From: Trichosphaerium sp. ATCC 40318
Lineage: Eukaryota > Protista > Tubulinea
Assembly: GCA_038496445.1 (NCBI GenBank)
Contig: JALMLS010000531.1
Location: 62,001 to 126,000, forward strand
Length of the DNA stretch: 64,000 nucleotides
Direction: 5' to 3'
Below the pieces are notes generated by a model, which was not told the DNA's origin, did not search any database, and saw only the letters and a program-made list of their open reading frames with translations. Position numbers and translations under genes: made by a program. Numbering within the stretch: the first letter of the stretch is position 1; every line of letters begins with the position of its first letter. This document shows, in pieces, positions 25,979-37,404 of this stretch.

Positions 25979-28262
25979 TCATTTGTCAAGTAAGTTTGGG
26001 TACATCGATACAAGATGCTTTGCTGATGGCGTATCCTTTTTAGCTTTAAAAAACTTACGAAGTGTTTTAGGGTCTTGAGATATGAACCATGAATTGAGGA
26101 GGGTAATACTCATAGAGTTACATGTTAGTAATCCGTATTCAAGCCACTCATTCATCGTTTCAATGCTAAGATCATCAGCTGGTCGAATAAACACATCAAA
26201 GACAACAAGAGACTGCAAAGAGTCAACACAATACTTATCAGCAAACTTGAAGACGTTGAATAGAGTATCCAAATCAAGGTTAGGAGGTATGCAATCAAGG
26301 TAAGCGTATTGAACAAAAATCTTGACAATTAAGGGATCTTCTGTAACAGTGATACTTGAGTTCTTGTCACTATCATCTCCATTTGATCCAATTTCTTTTG
26401 ATAGAATAGCACCTTCAAAGAATGAAGACCTACACATCAGCATGGCCTAGAATAAATATCAGTTAATAGTCTACATATTGAGGCATTGCAGAATGGTTAA
26501 AACTCACCTTGTGACATTTAATGATGTCTTTTCCAACAATGATACTAAAATCTTTTTCTTTTGATTCAAAAAGCGTTTTGAGGGAATCACCAAGAGTCTC
26601 GGTATCATTTACACATTCTAGAGGACCTTTATCACGTATAGAGCATATGATAACGTTGTCCATGTTGATTTTCGCGTATTGTTCTTGGCTTAACTTTTTT
26701 AGGTCTGCTATCAGTCTTGACGATTTTTTCGGGAACATGAAAGGACGGATTGATGTCGCTGTGAGGCATTAGAAAAAACTGATATTTTTGTGTTTGTAAA
26801 AGTATGTTATACGCACGTGGCATTTCATTTGTTTTTGAGGCGATTTTTTCTTCGTTACTCGGTACGTGTCTCAAGAGGTGCGGAATAACTAGTGGGTTTT
26901 CTTCCGTCAAATCAACCAGCAGAACATGAATAACGCCTTTTGGTATATCCAATCCTGAGCACATGACGTTAACCATATGCATGGCACAATCATATGTAGT
27001 CATGTTTCCTAATTTCAGAGTGTGAGTTGAAGCTATTAACTTGGAGTACTACCTTGATAGTCTGGAAAGAACTGTTTGAATTTCTCTGGACGATGTTGTA
27101 TTTCTTGCTCGAAAAGATCAAGTTTTGTCATTACAAGGACAATAGGAGAACTAGCTAAGTATGCAGTTTGCGCAAGTTCTTTGAATAAGTCGCATGTTTC
27201 CTTAAAGTCACATGTCATATCATCTTCAAAGAGGTTATACAAGTATCTAGTACGAATCAAGGAATATAGTAAGAAAAAGAAGAGTTTTTTTTTAAAGAGC
27301 AAACACCTCATTGAGGGAAAGGATACCCAACGAGGGAGGTACAATAAAATGTACTATTAACATTGTCAAAGCAATGTATCCATTTTTTTCTTTCATTGCG
27401 TGCGCCTATTAACAGGTCAACAAAGATGAAGATTACAACAAAACAAACACTTACCTCCAACATCAATCAGTGAATATAGGTTACCGTTCAGTTCATAGCT
27501 TACCTCTATAATACCAGTAGTACGTATACGTATATTAACAAGCTCTTTATCGCTCACAACATAAGAATCAGCCGATTGAGAGCAAATAGATTCCATCATA
27601 CTGTAAAAAACAATACATTAAAAATACACAAAAGAAGATGGTTTACGCTTACGCTTTTGCATTACCACGGAGACACATCCTCATAGATTTAGAGTCAATA
27701 GATTCCATCATACTCATAAAAGCTTGACTGTCTTTCAACCTAGTAGCGCACGTGTCAAAAAGAAAAAAATTAAAAGAAAGAAATGTACAATGTCAAAGTG
27801 TCAATGTGCGGTTGTGTCCAAGAGTTGCCAGGAATAGCAAGAAACGAGTTGATATTGTCTTTTGTTCCCTATTTTAGTATTAGGATGTTTCTAATGACGT
27901 TTAGATAGTTTACGCTGTCTAATGTCGAATACTCGGGTAGTTGTGCTAATTCAACAAAGTACTGCTTTAGAAACGATAATCCAGGCGTTTTGTATGAATT
28001 ACGATCATCTTTAGTCATATTCGGTTGGCGAAATCGCATTAAAAGCGTTGATTTTCCTATTCTTCTATAAGACATATAAAACATATCTAAATACGCCAAC
28101 ATTACCACTCATACATGTGCCTACGATATAATTAGTGTTTGAACAAAAAGTATCAGTTAACTTACCCAAAATCTGTACTTTTGTCCGCGTGTTGCGTTCG
28201 ATCGTTTGTTGTTTTACTAAATCATCAATTGACGACCTGCGTTTCGTTGACTTGTTACCCAT
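25979..28262 (-). CDS. G-protein alpha subunit-BTB/POZ fusion protein, 11 exons, about 583 aa
   Basis: Exons 28262-28166, 28120-28106, 28056-27914, 27868-27789, 27739-27653, 27600-27455, 27405-27327, 27246-27053, 27008-26817, 26758-26508 and 26446-25979 sum to 1752 nt in one open frame. G-alpha motifs: MGNKST, GTCMSGKST, RIRTTGI, DVGGARNERKKWIHCF, TKLD. BTB motifs: DFSIIVGKDIIKCHKAMLMCRSSFF, FVQYAY, ADKYCVDSL. Confidence 0.8.
27247..27326 (-). other. U12-type (minor) GT-AG intron in the G-alpha-BTB gene
   Basis: Donor GTATCCTTT; branch site TTCCTTGAT followed by 9 nt ending in AG; splicing restores SLVGYLYNLFEDD. Confidence 0.85.
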
Positions 28263-29055
28263 ACTACTAAAAAGTCTTTTTACATTTGGGTCAGCTTAAA
28301 ATATTGCTTGTTAAGTTGTAGGTAGCTGAATCGTATGACAGGTGTCATGCAGGACTGCTTGTTTGTTTTTAATACACTGTGAATATTTCAGTTCTACCAT
28401 CATACGTAGTGTTTAAGGGTAAAGCATAAAGGTAAGTTTATCCTTTGGGTGCCATTGCGGTATAAGTTACTATCACCTTTAAAGGGGGAAGAATGCACGC
28501 TAAGTTCTGTCACAATAGTACATGGTTGCTATTGTTACAAAAGAGGGAAGATGTCGCAAGTAAACAGCCGTTTGGTAACAATAATTAGGTCAAATAGCCT
28601 TCATTGATTAGGATCTATGCCTGTTTGCGTTTAAATTACTGTTAACAGAAAGGTAATTTTCTAAAACTTGCTACTGAAAAGTACGCTGCCAATGGTCTAC
28701 AATCAGAAAATAAGAGGATGTGCATAGGACGTGCATAGTATGCCCCTTAAACTATCTTCTATTTTTTGTTCAAAAGACCAAAAAGACTCAAGTCATTCTT
28801 GTCCCATCTTACTTTCTCCTTTTTTTCGTGCTGAAAAACTTTCATTGAACTTTCGTGTTTTACTGTGAGGTGGCACCTCTTACTGCTCGTTTTTTGGCAA
28901 GCATAAAACAGATGTTTTAACATTGGAAACTGTTCAGTGACGTAGTAAACCAAGTCATGAATCCATTACCTTTTCAGAGACAGATTTTTCCTCAGCTTAA
29001 CTCCCTTGGCTTAGCGACTGTTGATAATCGAAATAATTACTATAAATTAGCAGCA

Positions 29056-30465
29056 ATGGCAGAGCCTGATGTTCGTGTATTGAGTAAAGAAGACTTAGCT
29101 TTTTTTAAAGAGAATGGTTACGTGGTTTTAAAGAAAATCGTACCAAAGGAAGATTGCGAAGCTGTAGTCGATGCTATTTACGATTTTCTTGGTTTCGACA
29201 AGAAGTAAGCAAAAAAAAGTAAAACAAGTTTAATTAGAACTAGTAACCCTCGAGACTGGTACAGAGAGCCTCTAAAGAGTATTGGCATGGTTGAAATGTA
29301 CGTTGCTCTAGAACGCGCAATTACAAAGGATATTTCAGTGAAATATAGACTTTCTTCAATTGACTTGCTTCAAGGTATCACCATCCTGCTCTATGGCATA
29401 ACAGACAGAACCCAAACCTATACAAAGCATTTACTGAACTATGGGGAACAAGAAACTTATGGGTGTCGTTTGACAGGGTGTGTTTCAAACCACCATCGAA
29501 TCCAGAAAAGGGATATGGTCATGATGGATTTCTGCACTGGGATCTAAAGTACGTAACCTTAGTGACAATTGTAGCACCTCCCACCGTTAAAAAAAACCTA
29601 GCCCATGGGCAGATCACATACCGTTCGGATTACAAGGTGTTCTTGTCCTTGAAGATACTGACACTGATATGGGTAAGCAACTTTAGTGTCAGGTTTTTCT
29701 TGCTAAGATTAGCCTTTAGGTGGGTTTCACTGCGTTCCTGGTTGTCACAAATTCTTGAATGAGTGGGTAAAACAAGTACCAGAGCCAAAGACTAGTGATA
29801 GGTTTCACAAAAGAGGCATTCCAATAAACCTACCATCCATAATGAAGCGATCAGTCAAATCGCCTCCGGTAAGCGTTTCTTCTTTAGGTTTTTTGAAAGG
29901 TAGCTAGTTAGTTCATCTTAGCTCTTAGGTGGCTGTATCACAAGGCGACTTTATTATATGGAGACGAGAAGTGGCTCATGGTAACGGAAGAAATGAATCC
30001 AAGAGACCTAGGATGTGCCAATACATCTCATACTTTCCGGCAAGACCAAATGGACCTGTCATTCATGATTCTCAAATCTGTCTTCATCCTGAAAGCCTTG
30101 ATCAGCGTCTTCAAATGTATTACAACATGCAAGCACCACCAAAGAAGCCAGGTACGTTTATACTACCACATCTTATTGTTGAAGCTTGTATCTCAACAGT
30201 CAATAGGCGACAATAGACAATGGGAGAAGCAAAAGTTTAGTGAACCTTTTGAATTATCTCCACTTGGTAAAAAGCTTTTAGGTATTGAACCTTGGCCAGT
30301 AGAAGGTACATTCACCCGCCTTGTTGACGTTTAACATCTTAATTATTGTCTTTAGAGGATAGAAAAGACCCTTTTGATTACCCGCCTGAGGCTGACAAGG
30401 AACCACCAACTAAACCAAAGTATGTTCATAGACCAAAAGGAAAAGGCAAAAAACAGAGACACTAA
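29056..30465 (+). CDS. Phytanoyl-CoA dioxygenase (PhyH) family Fe/2OG oxygenase, multi-exon
   Basis: FFKENGYVVLK, LHWD, GGFHCVPG, GDFIIW...HGNGRN...PR. Confidence 0.9.
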
Positions 30466-30764
30466 GTTCTTTGTTTCAATCATTACTAATGTACATAAAT
30501 AAATCAAAAACCAACCTACTCCACATAAAATGTTTTCGCCAAATGATAACAATTGGTAGTATTTCTTTTAGTCTTTAAAATGTTTCAGTTTTTCAACTCT
30601 CGAGACTTTTGGAAAAACGTGCCGAAAAGGTCGACAATCGTGTTCAAATACATCCATCTAAAACGTGTTTAAACCATTTTAAAGTTTTACCAAAAAAAAA
30701 GAGTGCTAACACCTCGTACTTTACAACAAATACAAGAGTAATAACTGGTACAATACCACTTTCT

Positions 30765-30978
30765 TTATTGTAAAGCCTGGCTGAGTACGATCACTAAAAT
30801 AACAATACTACAAAACAGTAGAGCACACATTGGTATGTCATTGGATTCACCTCTTGCGCTGGTTTGTCGTACGCTAAATTTGTTAGGATACTACGCTAGC
30901 TGCGAGTACTTACTTCCAGTACCGCCAATTGTTTGGGTTCATCTGATTAGATCTGTTATCTCTTGCAGGTTTGTCCAT
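30765..30978 (-). CDS. 57-aa two-exon microprotein with a DNRSNQxNPNN motif and C-terminal TM segment
   Basis: Exons 30978-30914 and 30873-30765; intron gtaagt...ctaac...ttag. Product MDKPARDNRSNQMNPNNWRYWNVRQTSARGESNDIPMCALLFCSIVILVIVLSQALQ. Confidence 0.65.
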
Positions 30979-31913
30979 GTGATGAGTGCGTAGTTCTTGT
31001 TGCTTGTTCTGACTTAACTGGGTGCTAGCCAACCAACATGGAGTTAGTCGTAGGTTGATGTGATAATTTCACTGCTAAATGTTATTCTTGGCCAAGATCC
31101 TTCTTGTGAACCAGACGTCATTCAAGTCCGGCAAAGATACAAAAGCTACTCATGGCTTCTTTAGCCTGAACAAGTGCTAAATGAACGCTAAACAAGTCAG
31201 GAAACTAATACTGAAGCCAAAAAAAAGCAAAGAAAAAGCCAAATATTTTATGCTTTAGATTTTATATGACAGTGCTTTTTCGTCTTGCCGTATTGAATAT
31301 AAGGACTGTACGATATTATGATTTATAGAATGGCTGCCTTCACATTGCATTGGCTCCACTAAGTTGGTATCAAAGCTGTCGGTTCTTGCAAGAACACTTA
31401 CAAAATCTGACAGAATCCAAATCATTGAAAACCTTTACCCGAAAAAAAAGCCATTTATTCATGGTTGTACGCATTGAGTGCATAGGTTAGGTGAATTCAT
31501 GTCGTACGTACCCAATATTAAGTGGCTGCGAAAGTGAGTAGTTACTACAAGCGGATAAAATGCAAAGAGTTATCATACAACTCGTGTTAGCTATGCTTGT
31601 GTTGTTTAAAACTCCTGTTGGAGAAAGCAATGATAGACGATGCTATTGCTGTGTATAAGAACCGTTTCATGGATTAGACGAACACTTCACGTGATTTTTT
31701 CTGCCAAAAGATTATTCGCTAAATATTATAAAAAGCTCCTGACGATCTAGGTTAACTCATCACAGTATGAAAAGCATGCTTATAAGACAACCCGCTATGT
31801 TTCTTTCTAGATTTTCTCACGTTTCACTGAATCTAATCCGGTCTGTGAAAAGAACCTGTTAGGCTAAGAGCCATAAAAAAGGAATCAAAATAACAAACAC
31901 CAACAAGAACAAC

Positions 31914-32703
31914 ATGTCAGCAACAGAAGTTAAAGTAGTCGTAGTCGGAGACGGAGCTGTAGGGAAAACGTAAGATCTAAAGTAGTAGCAAACAGACACT
32001 TTTTCTCACTTCTTTTTGTAGGGCTATGCTACTTACATACGCAAAAGGAAAGTTCCCTAAAGGATATACGCCTACAGTATTGTAAGTACTTCACTTTTAC
32101 TAGTTCCTTTTGAACACGTGTTACCAAGAGATAACTTACGTTTAATTTAGTGATAACTACGCATGCACTTTAAACACATCGACAGGAAAGCAAATCAATT
32201 TGACGATTTGGGATACAGCAGGGTACGATTTCTTCAAGTGCAAAAACAAAAAAAAAAATGTTACATTGCCTAGAATCACTCGTTTTGTTTTAATGATGTA
32301 TGCTCTAACAGTGTTGTTTAGGCAAGAAGAATATGATAGAATTAGACCACTTTCATATGCTAGTGCTGGGATTTTCATCGTTTGCTATTCTTGTGCAAAT
32401 GAGAATTCATTGTCAAATGTTAAAACAAAATGGATTCCAGAAATTTCACATTATGCACCTGGTGTTCCTTTTATCGTAGTAGGAACAAAGTCTGACTTGA
32501 AACAGATTATGCCTGATGGAGGAGTATCTATACAAGAAGCTCAATCTATTGCAAAAGAGCAAGGTGCAGTAAAACACATGGAATGTTCAGCAAAAACTGA
32601 CTATAGCAGTGTAAAAGATATTTTTGATAGCACAGTTCAAAGCGTTTTACATCCTGCAAAGAAAAAAAAGAGCAAGAAATATAAAAAGTGTAGTATCTTG
32701 TAA
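31914..32703 (+). CDS. Rho/Rac family small GTPase, 4 exons
   Basis: GDGAVGKT, YTPTVFDNY, WDTAGQEEYDRIRPLSY, TKSD, ECSAK, polybasic tail and CAAX box (CSIL). Confidence 0.97.
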
Positions 32704-33058
32704 ACAAACATTAGATAATAAAATTGTATTGTACATTCACGTTCCAGTGAGTTTTTTTGACTTCGAAAAAAAACAAAAAGAGTTTTTGATTAAGACAGTC
32801 TTTTTTTTACATACACTTTCCTACTAACAGAGAATCCTGCAAAAAATTATGGCGCCAAGGCTGCATCAAAAGATAACCAGTGGTAGAGTCCTCATACCAA
32901 GCAAATACCTTACTATGGAATTGCTCTTTTTAATATCTACATGCACTTCAATTGTCGACATTGTTATGTGTACCCTTGTAAAGAAGGAATGCAAACGACC
33001 ATAACAGTTTACAGACAAATAATATTTTATGTTTATTACTGCTTATGGTTTACGAGAG

Positions 33059-34541
33059 TTATTTTCATAGGCGCTTTCTCAATAAGATCTTTAGCAACTT
33101 GAGGTATTTGTTTTGGATGTAAAAAATCAGGTCTCAATTGTCCAAACACAGTATCATAATCACAATTCAATACAGAATCTTGCCAATATTGAGGAACAGC
33201 TTCAATACCATACGCTGCACCAAGAAGTCCTCCAATAATACATGCATTTGTATCTGTATCTCCACCACCTTCACATGTCTCCCTGATAGCATCAATATAA
33301 GGTGTGCCATGATATAAATGCCTAAAGGCATGGATAAATGCTATTTTAGATAATCCAGCACGTGGGTAGTATTTCTCCTATTGCATTTCAAATTAGAATC
33401 AAAATGTACTAAAAACGGTGTCTCCTACCTTGTGATTTTTCTTTGCCAAGTCAAGCCACTGCACTACTCTTGTTTCTTTATTTTCTTCAGCCCATTTATA
33501 AGCCGCTTCAAATGCACCAACATTATCGCCCAAGTTTTGCATCAAATGTGCTGATGATAGAGTTAGAAGAATTGTTTGGTTCCTACGTAAAACACACAAC
33601 TATTCCTTACCAACAGCTATATTGTATGCTCCTGAAAGTGCAGGATTTGGTTGTATAACATGACTCATTAGACTGTCTTGGGCCGCTATACTAGCAATAT
33701 CCTTAGGCGGAAGCTTATGAGCCCATAAACCAATTGGTAATGTCCTCATTAAACTACCATTTGAAGCTTTTTCCCACGATATTGAGGGATTTTCGTTACC
33801 CTTTAGCGTACGCATAGCACCAGTACGCATTGCCTCAGCATACCCTGTATTAGAAATTAATAAGAAAAATCAAAACAGAAAGCAAATAATAAGTAACACT
33901 TGGGTTGTAAGTTGTACCTTTCTCTTTTGCTAGATCCTTAAATTTTTGGTATACTATACACCCTATTCCTTTAGAAATTGTACCACCGAGATCAAATGGC
34001 TTTGAATCCATCCTAAATAAATCACGTGAGCTACAACCTTAAAAATATTGGTCCAATGTACCATTCCTTGTACATCTTTGCTATTTCTTCAATATCACAT
34101 GTGCCTTCTTTTGAGTTCAATAAACCGAGGGCAAGACATTGAGCAAGCTCACCATCGTCTGTGTACATAATTTAGCAGCGATCCTCGTAGAAACTACAGT
34201 AAAAAGACGTTCGTACCAGTTATTTGACCTGAAGCTAGTTTGTGGATACCTCCTCCAGGAAACAACATTGCATTCTCAACATCTACAGCAGCTTGTTAAA
34301 TAAGGTAATCACGTGACAACACTATAATACGCTTACCTTCAGCTGTAGGTGCTCTGTTAAATCCTTCCAGAACAGCACCAACAGCTTCTCCACAAAGATG
34401 ACCCATGAAAGCACCATACGCAGCTGAATTCTTATCTTTTGGTTTCGGATTTGTTGTGTTTTCTTTTAGTTTCATGAGTTTGTCGTACTGCACCCTATTG
34501 TTTGCTTCAATTTGCTCTAGGATTGATCTTTTGGTGACCAT
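33059..34541 (-). CDS. ADP-ribosylglycohydrolase (ARH/DraG family), multi-exon
   Basis: GEAVGAVLEG, GQITDDGE, SNGSLMR, GGDTDTNACIIGGLLGA. Confidence 0.92.
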
Positions 34542-35433
34542 CTTAAATATTGTATAAGCTTACAGTTTCGTAATGGACTCTGACGTACAAGAACGTAGTT
34601 GTAGCCAATGAAATCTAAGATTTCTCGAAGCTCAACGTGTAGCCCACAATATCCACTTGCAGCTATGCATAATTTCTTCATAGATGCGTCACTAGAGCGT
34701 ACTTGCTACGCTTTGATTAGTTGAATAATAATAAAGCTAAAAAAACAACAAGGATTGACAGGAGTACAGATTACAACTGACAGCGCTTGTAATAACACTT
34801 TCGTTGGTGTTTGATGAGAATTTATCGTACGTAAGGCTCTCTTGCGTAGTGAAGCGTAAACTGTTCTTCTTTGTCCTTAAAACCAAATAACATGATGTGT
34901 GCTGCCGCGTCTTGTGATATAAACTTTATATGCCGTCGTTTATTCGTAAAACTCGCCTAAAATGAAGATAACGTGTTAGATACGATAACTAAAAGGTTAG
35001 AGGACGTACTTCATACTCAAACGCTTCAGTTTTAAACCGTTTATCAATATTCCTACTTCGGAGTGCTAGTAGTGCTGCTGGATTCATGATTAACTTTTTG
35101 GAGCGGCAACGAACTTGTATTTTTTTTTGAAATTTCGGCTAATTTCATCGAAGAAATAAATGCATGAAAATATTGTTCTTTGCTTTAACCACAAGCGTTA
35201 CAGACAAGTAAAAAGTCGGCATTAGGAGCAAAAGACTTCATATAAAAACGAACACCAGAAAACCAAAAACAGATTTGAAAAGCAATATTTATTACACTCT
35301 CTATTTGTATTTTTATTGTTAGCCACAGTATACTAAACACCGGCTATTTGAATCTTGATTGGGAACAAGGTAAACACGAACATATGGAGCAACCAGAGAG
35401 CTTCTTTCGATTATGCATGATCAACTTGCTCAT

Positions 35434-37082
35434 TCACCATTCTGGGTTCCGGAGAAGCCCTCTATTTGTAGCTTCATCTGGAAGTTTTGCACGGGATACA
35501 AGGGACACAGTGGACTTGGCTGCCATGATTGCATCTGCAAAGCTATTTTTAACAATGTCGACGCGGTCCACATTGTTCCAAAAGAGCTTGACAATCTCAT
35601 GGTATTTCGGGTACCAAAGACACTTTGTCAAGCCAATTTTAAAAATATTTGCTCTGACTACGGTGGACGCTGTGCCTCTATCTTGTCTAAATGCCTGAAA
35701 TACTAGCATCAAATTACATATATTGTTAAAAATCACGTACCATGGATGCAGTGAGCTTGATATCGTGAGGAAACAATGGGTACTCAAAAGCATTTTTGTC
35801 TACAAGTTCAAAATTCTTCTTGTATTCGACATCTTCCCATCCTCCTTCTTTGCACGTTTTTAAGTACCTAAGTGACAATTTAGATGGTAATGTAATGATA
35901 TAGCTCCTATTACCATGCAGCAAGTTCCTCATCAGCAAGAATACGGTCTCGTTTCCCACACGGAAAGATGTAGTAACCTTGATCATCACTCGGGGCACAA
36001 CTCCAAATGTGGACAGAATGAAAGCCTAGCGCCGCCACATATTCCATGTAGCTGACCACGATCAGGCGTTTTATACTCACCATCTCATCTGCCAAGCGCT
36101 TGTAGTGTGCTATCGTTGTATCTAAAAACAAACGAAAAAAAAGCCTATTTCGCACCTGTAGAATCCAAGTAGCTTATGTATACACGTCCATCGTTTCTTC
36201 TAATACCGCAATCCTTTTCAAATTCCTGTACGTACATTGCAAAGAAAAACACTGGTTTGTCTTCTACTGGCAAATAAGGTAGTGTTGCTGGAATTTTGGA
36301 AACGCACGTGGGTTTTGGCGTTGACTAAAGAAGATGGCGCGCTCAAAGTAAGTTGCTTCCAACTTGTACTCTGGTGTGACAATTTTCTCGTAGCGCTGGC
36401 CCATTACGTGAATTGAAATGCCATTGAGAGATCCGTTAAGATGGTTGCGAATTGACCACTCGATATAATCAGGTAAATGTGTTAGTGTCTGCCCTTTTCC
36501 GCGTTTATAGCACCCCTCTGCAGATGCCTACAAATTTATTGTTAACTTTATTTCGTGTGGATTGTTGCCGTACAAAGACGGGTATACCAGCACCCTCTAT
36601 ATCTGGAGCTTGCCAAAACGTGACAGCCTCCGGCATAAGATTGGCACGAATCGACACCCTCGAATTGACAGTCCTAACACGAGGTTGTGGGATGTTACGG
36701 CGCATAGGAATAATTAACATAAGTTCTTCTCGTGTGTTTTTTGAAAAACCGAACGCCCAGCGAAACGCGTCTGCGAAATATTTGAATAAGTACACAACAC
36801 AATCAAAGAAAAAAAAACCGCACTAGTTACTGCACCAACACCAGCTCCTAATATCATGCCTTGTACAGTACCACTTAGCGCAGCAGGCACAGCGAGTATA
36901 GGCATTGTTGTTGCCCCAACTAGAACGCCGAAACCTATCGCTCCAGTAACAGCGCCAACATAAGCGTACTAAAGCGTATCAAATAAATGTGTAGGAACAT
37001 AATCTGTACGAACCCGTTCCATACGGGACCTCTTGCGTTCTCGAGGTATCTCCACAATACGTATATAAGGCTCATTTGACAT
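35434..37082 (-). CDS. Stand-alone p300/CBP-type (KAT11) acetyltransferase domain with N-terminal glycine-rich hydrophobic segment (3' end approximate)
   Basis: FFFAMYVQEF...GRVYISYLDS, YMEYVAALGFHSVHIWSCAP...YYIFPC and ELAAWY match the CBP/p300 HAT core. Upstream exons splice in frame. Confidence 0.8.
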
Positions 37083-37404
37083 TCTGGATAGATGCTGTTA
37101 TAGTGTAGGAACTGGTTTCTATGAACTAAATTTGACTGACATTTTTTGAACGATTATCACGTGATAAAGTTTTCAAACAAAAAAAAATGGCGCCACAGTA
37201 TTTTTTGGTTGTTTGCACTTTGTTTGGTGCACTGGGCACCTTGATTTAACAGCGTGGCAATGACGTAAAAAAGGAGGTATTGTGATGTCGCTAATTAGTC
37301 AAAAGCAATAATAACAACCTTGTTATAGGCCTAACATTGCGCTTTCATAGTATTTGGCGGTTGTAGTGTTAATTCTTCATTGGTTTATATACAAGAAAAT
37401 ACAT

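Noticed and set aside
26632-26816. Unspliced G-alpha C-terminus (..RAYNILLQTQKYQFF..HMLYT*)
   Set aside because: Reads through an AT-rich segment with donor, branch and acceptor signals, and would overlap the BTB exon out of frame. The spliced fusion is more parsimonious, though not proven.
30979-31012. C/D box-like GTGATGA...CTGA
   Set aside because: Only about 34 nt, too short for a snoRNA, and no terminal stem.
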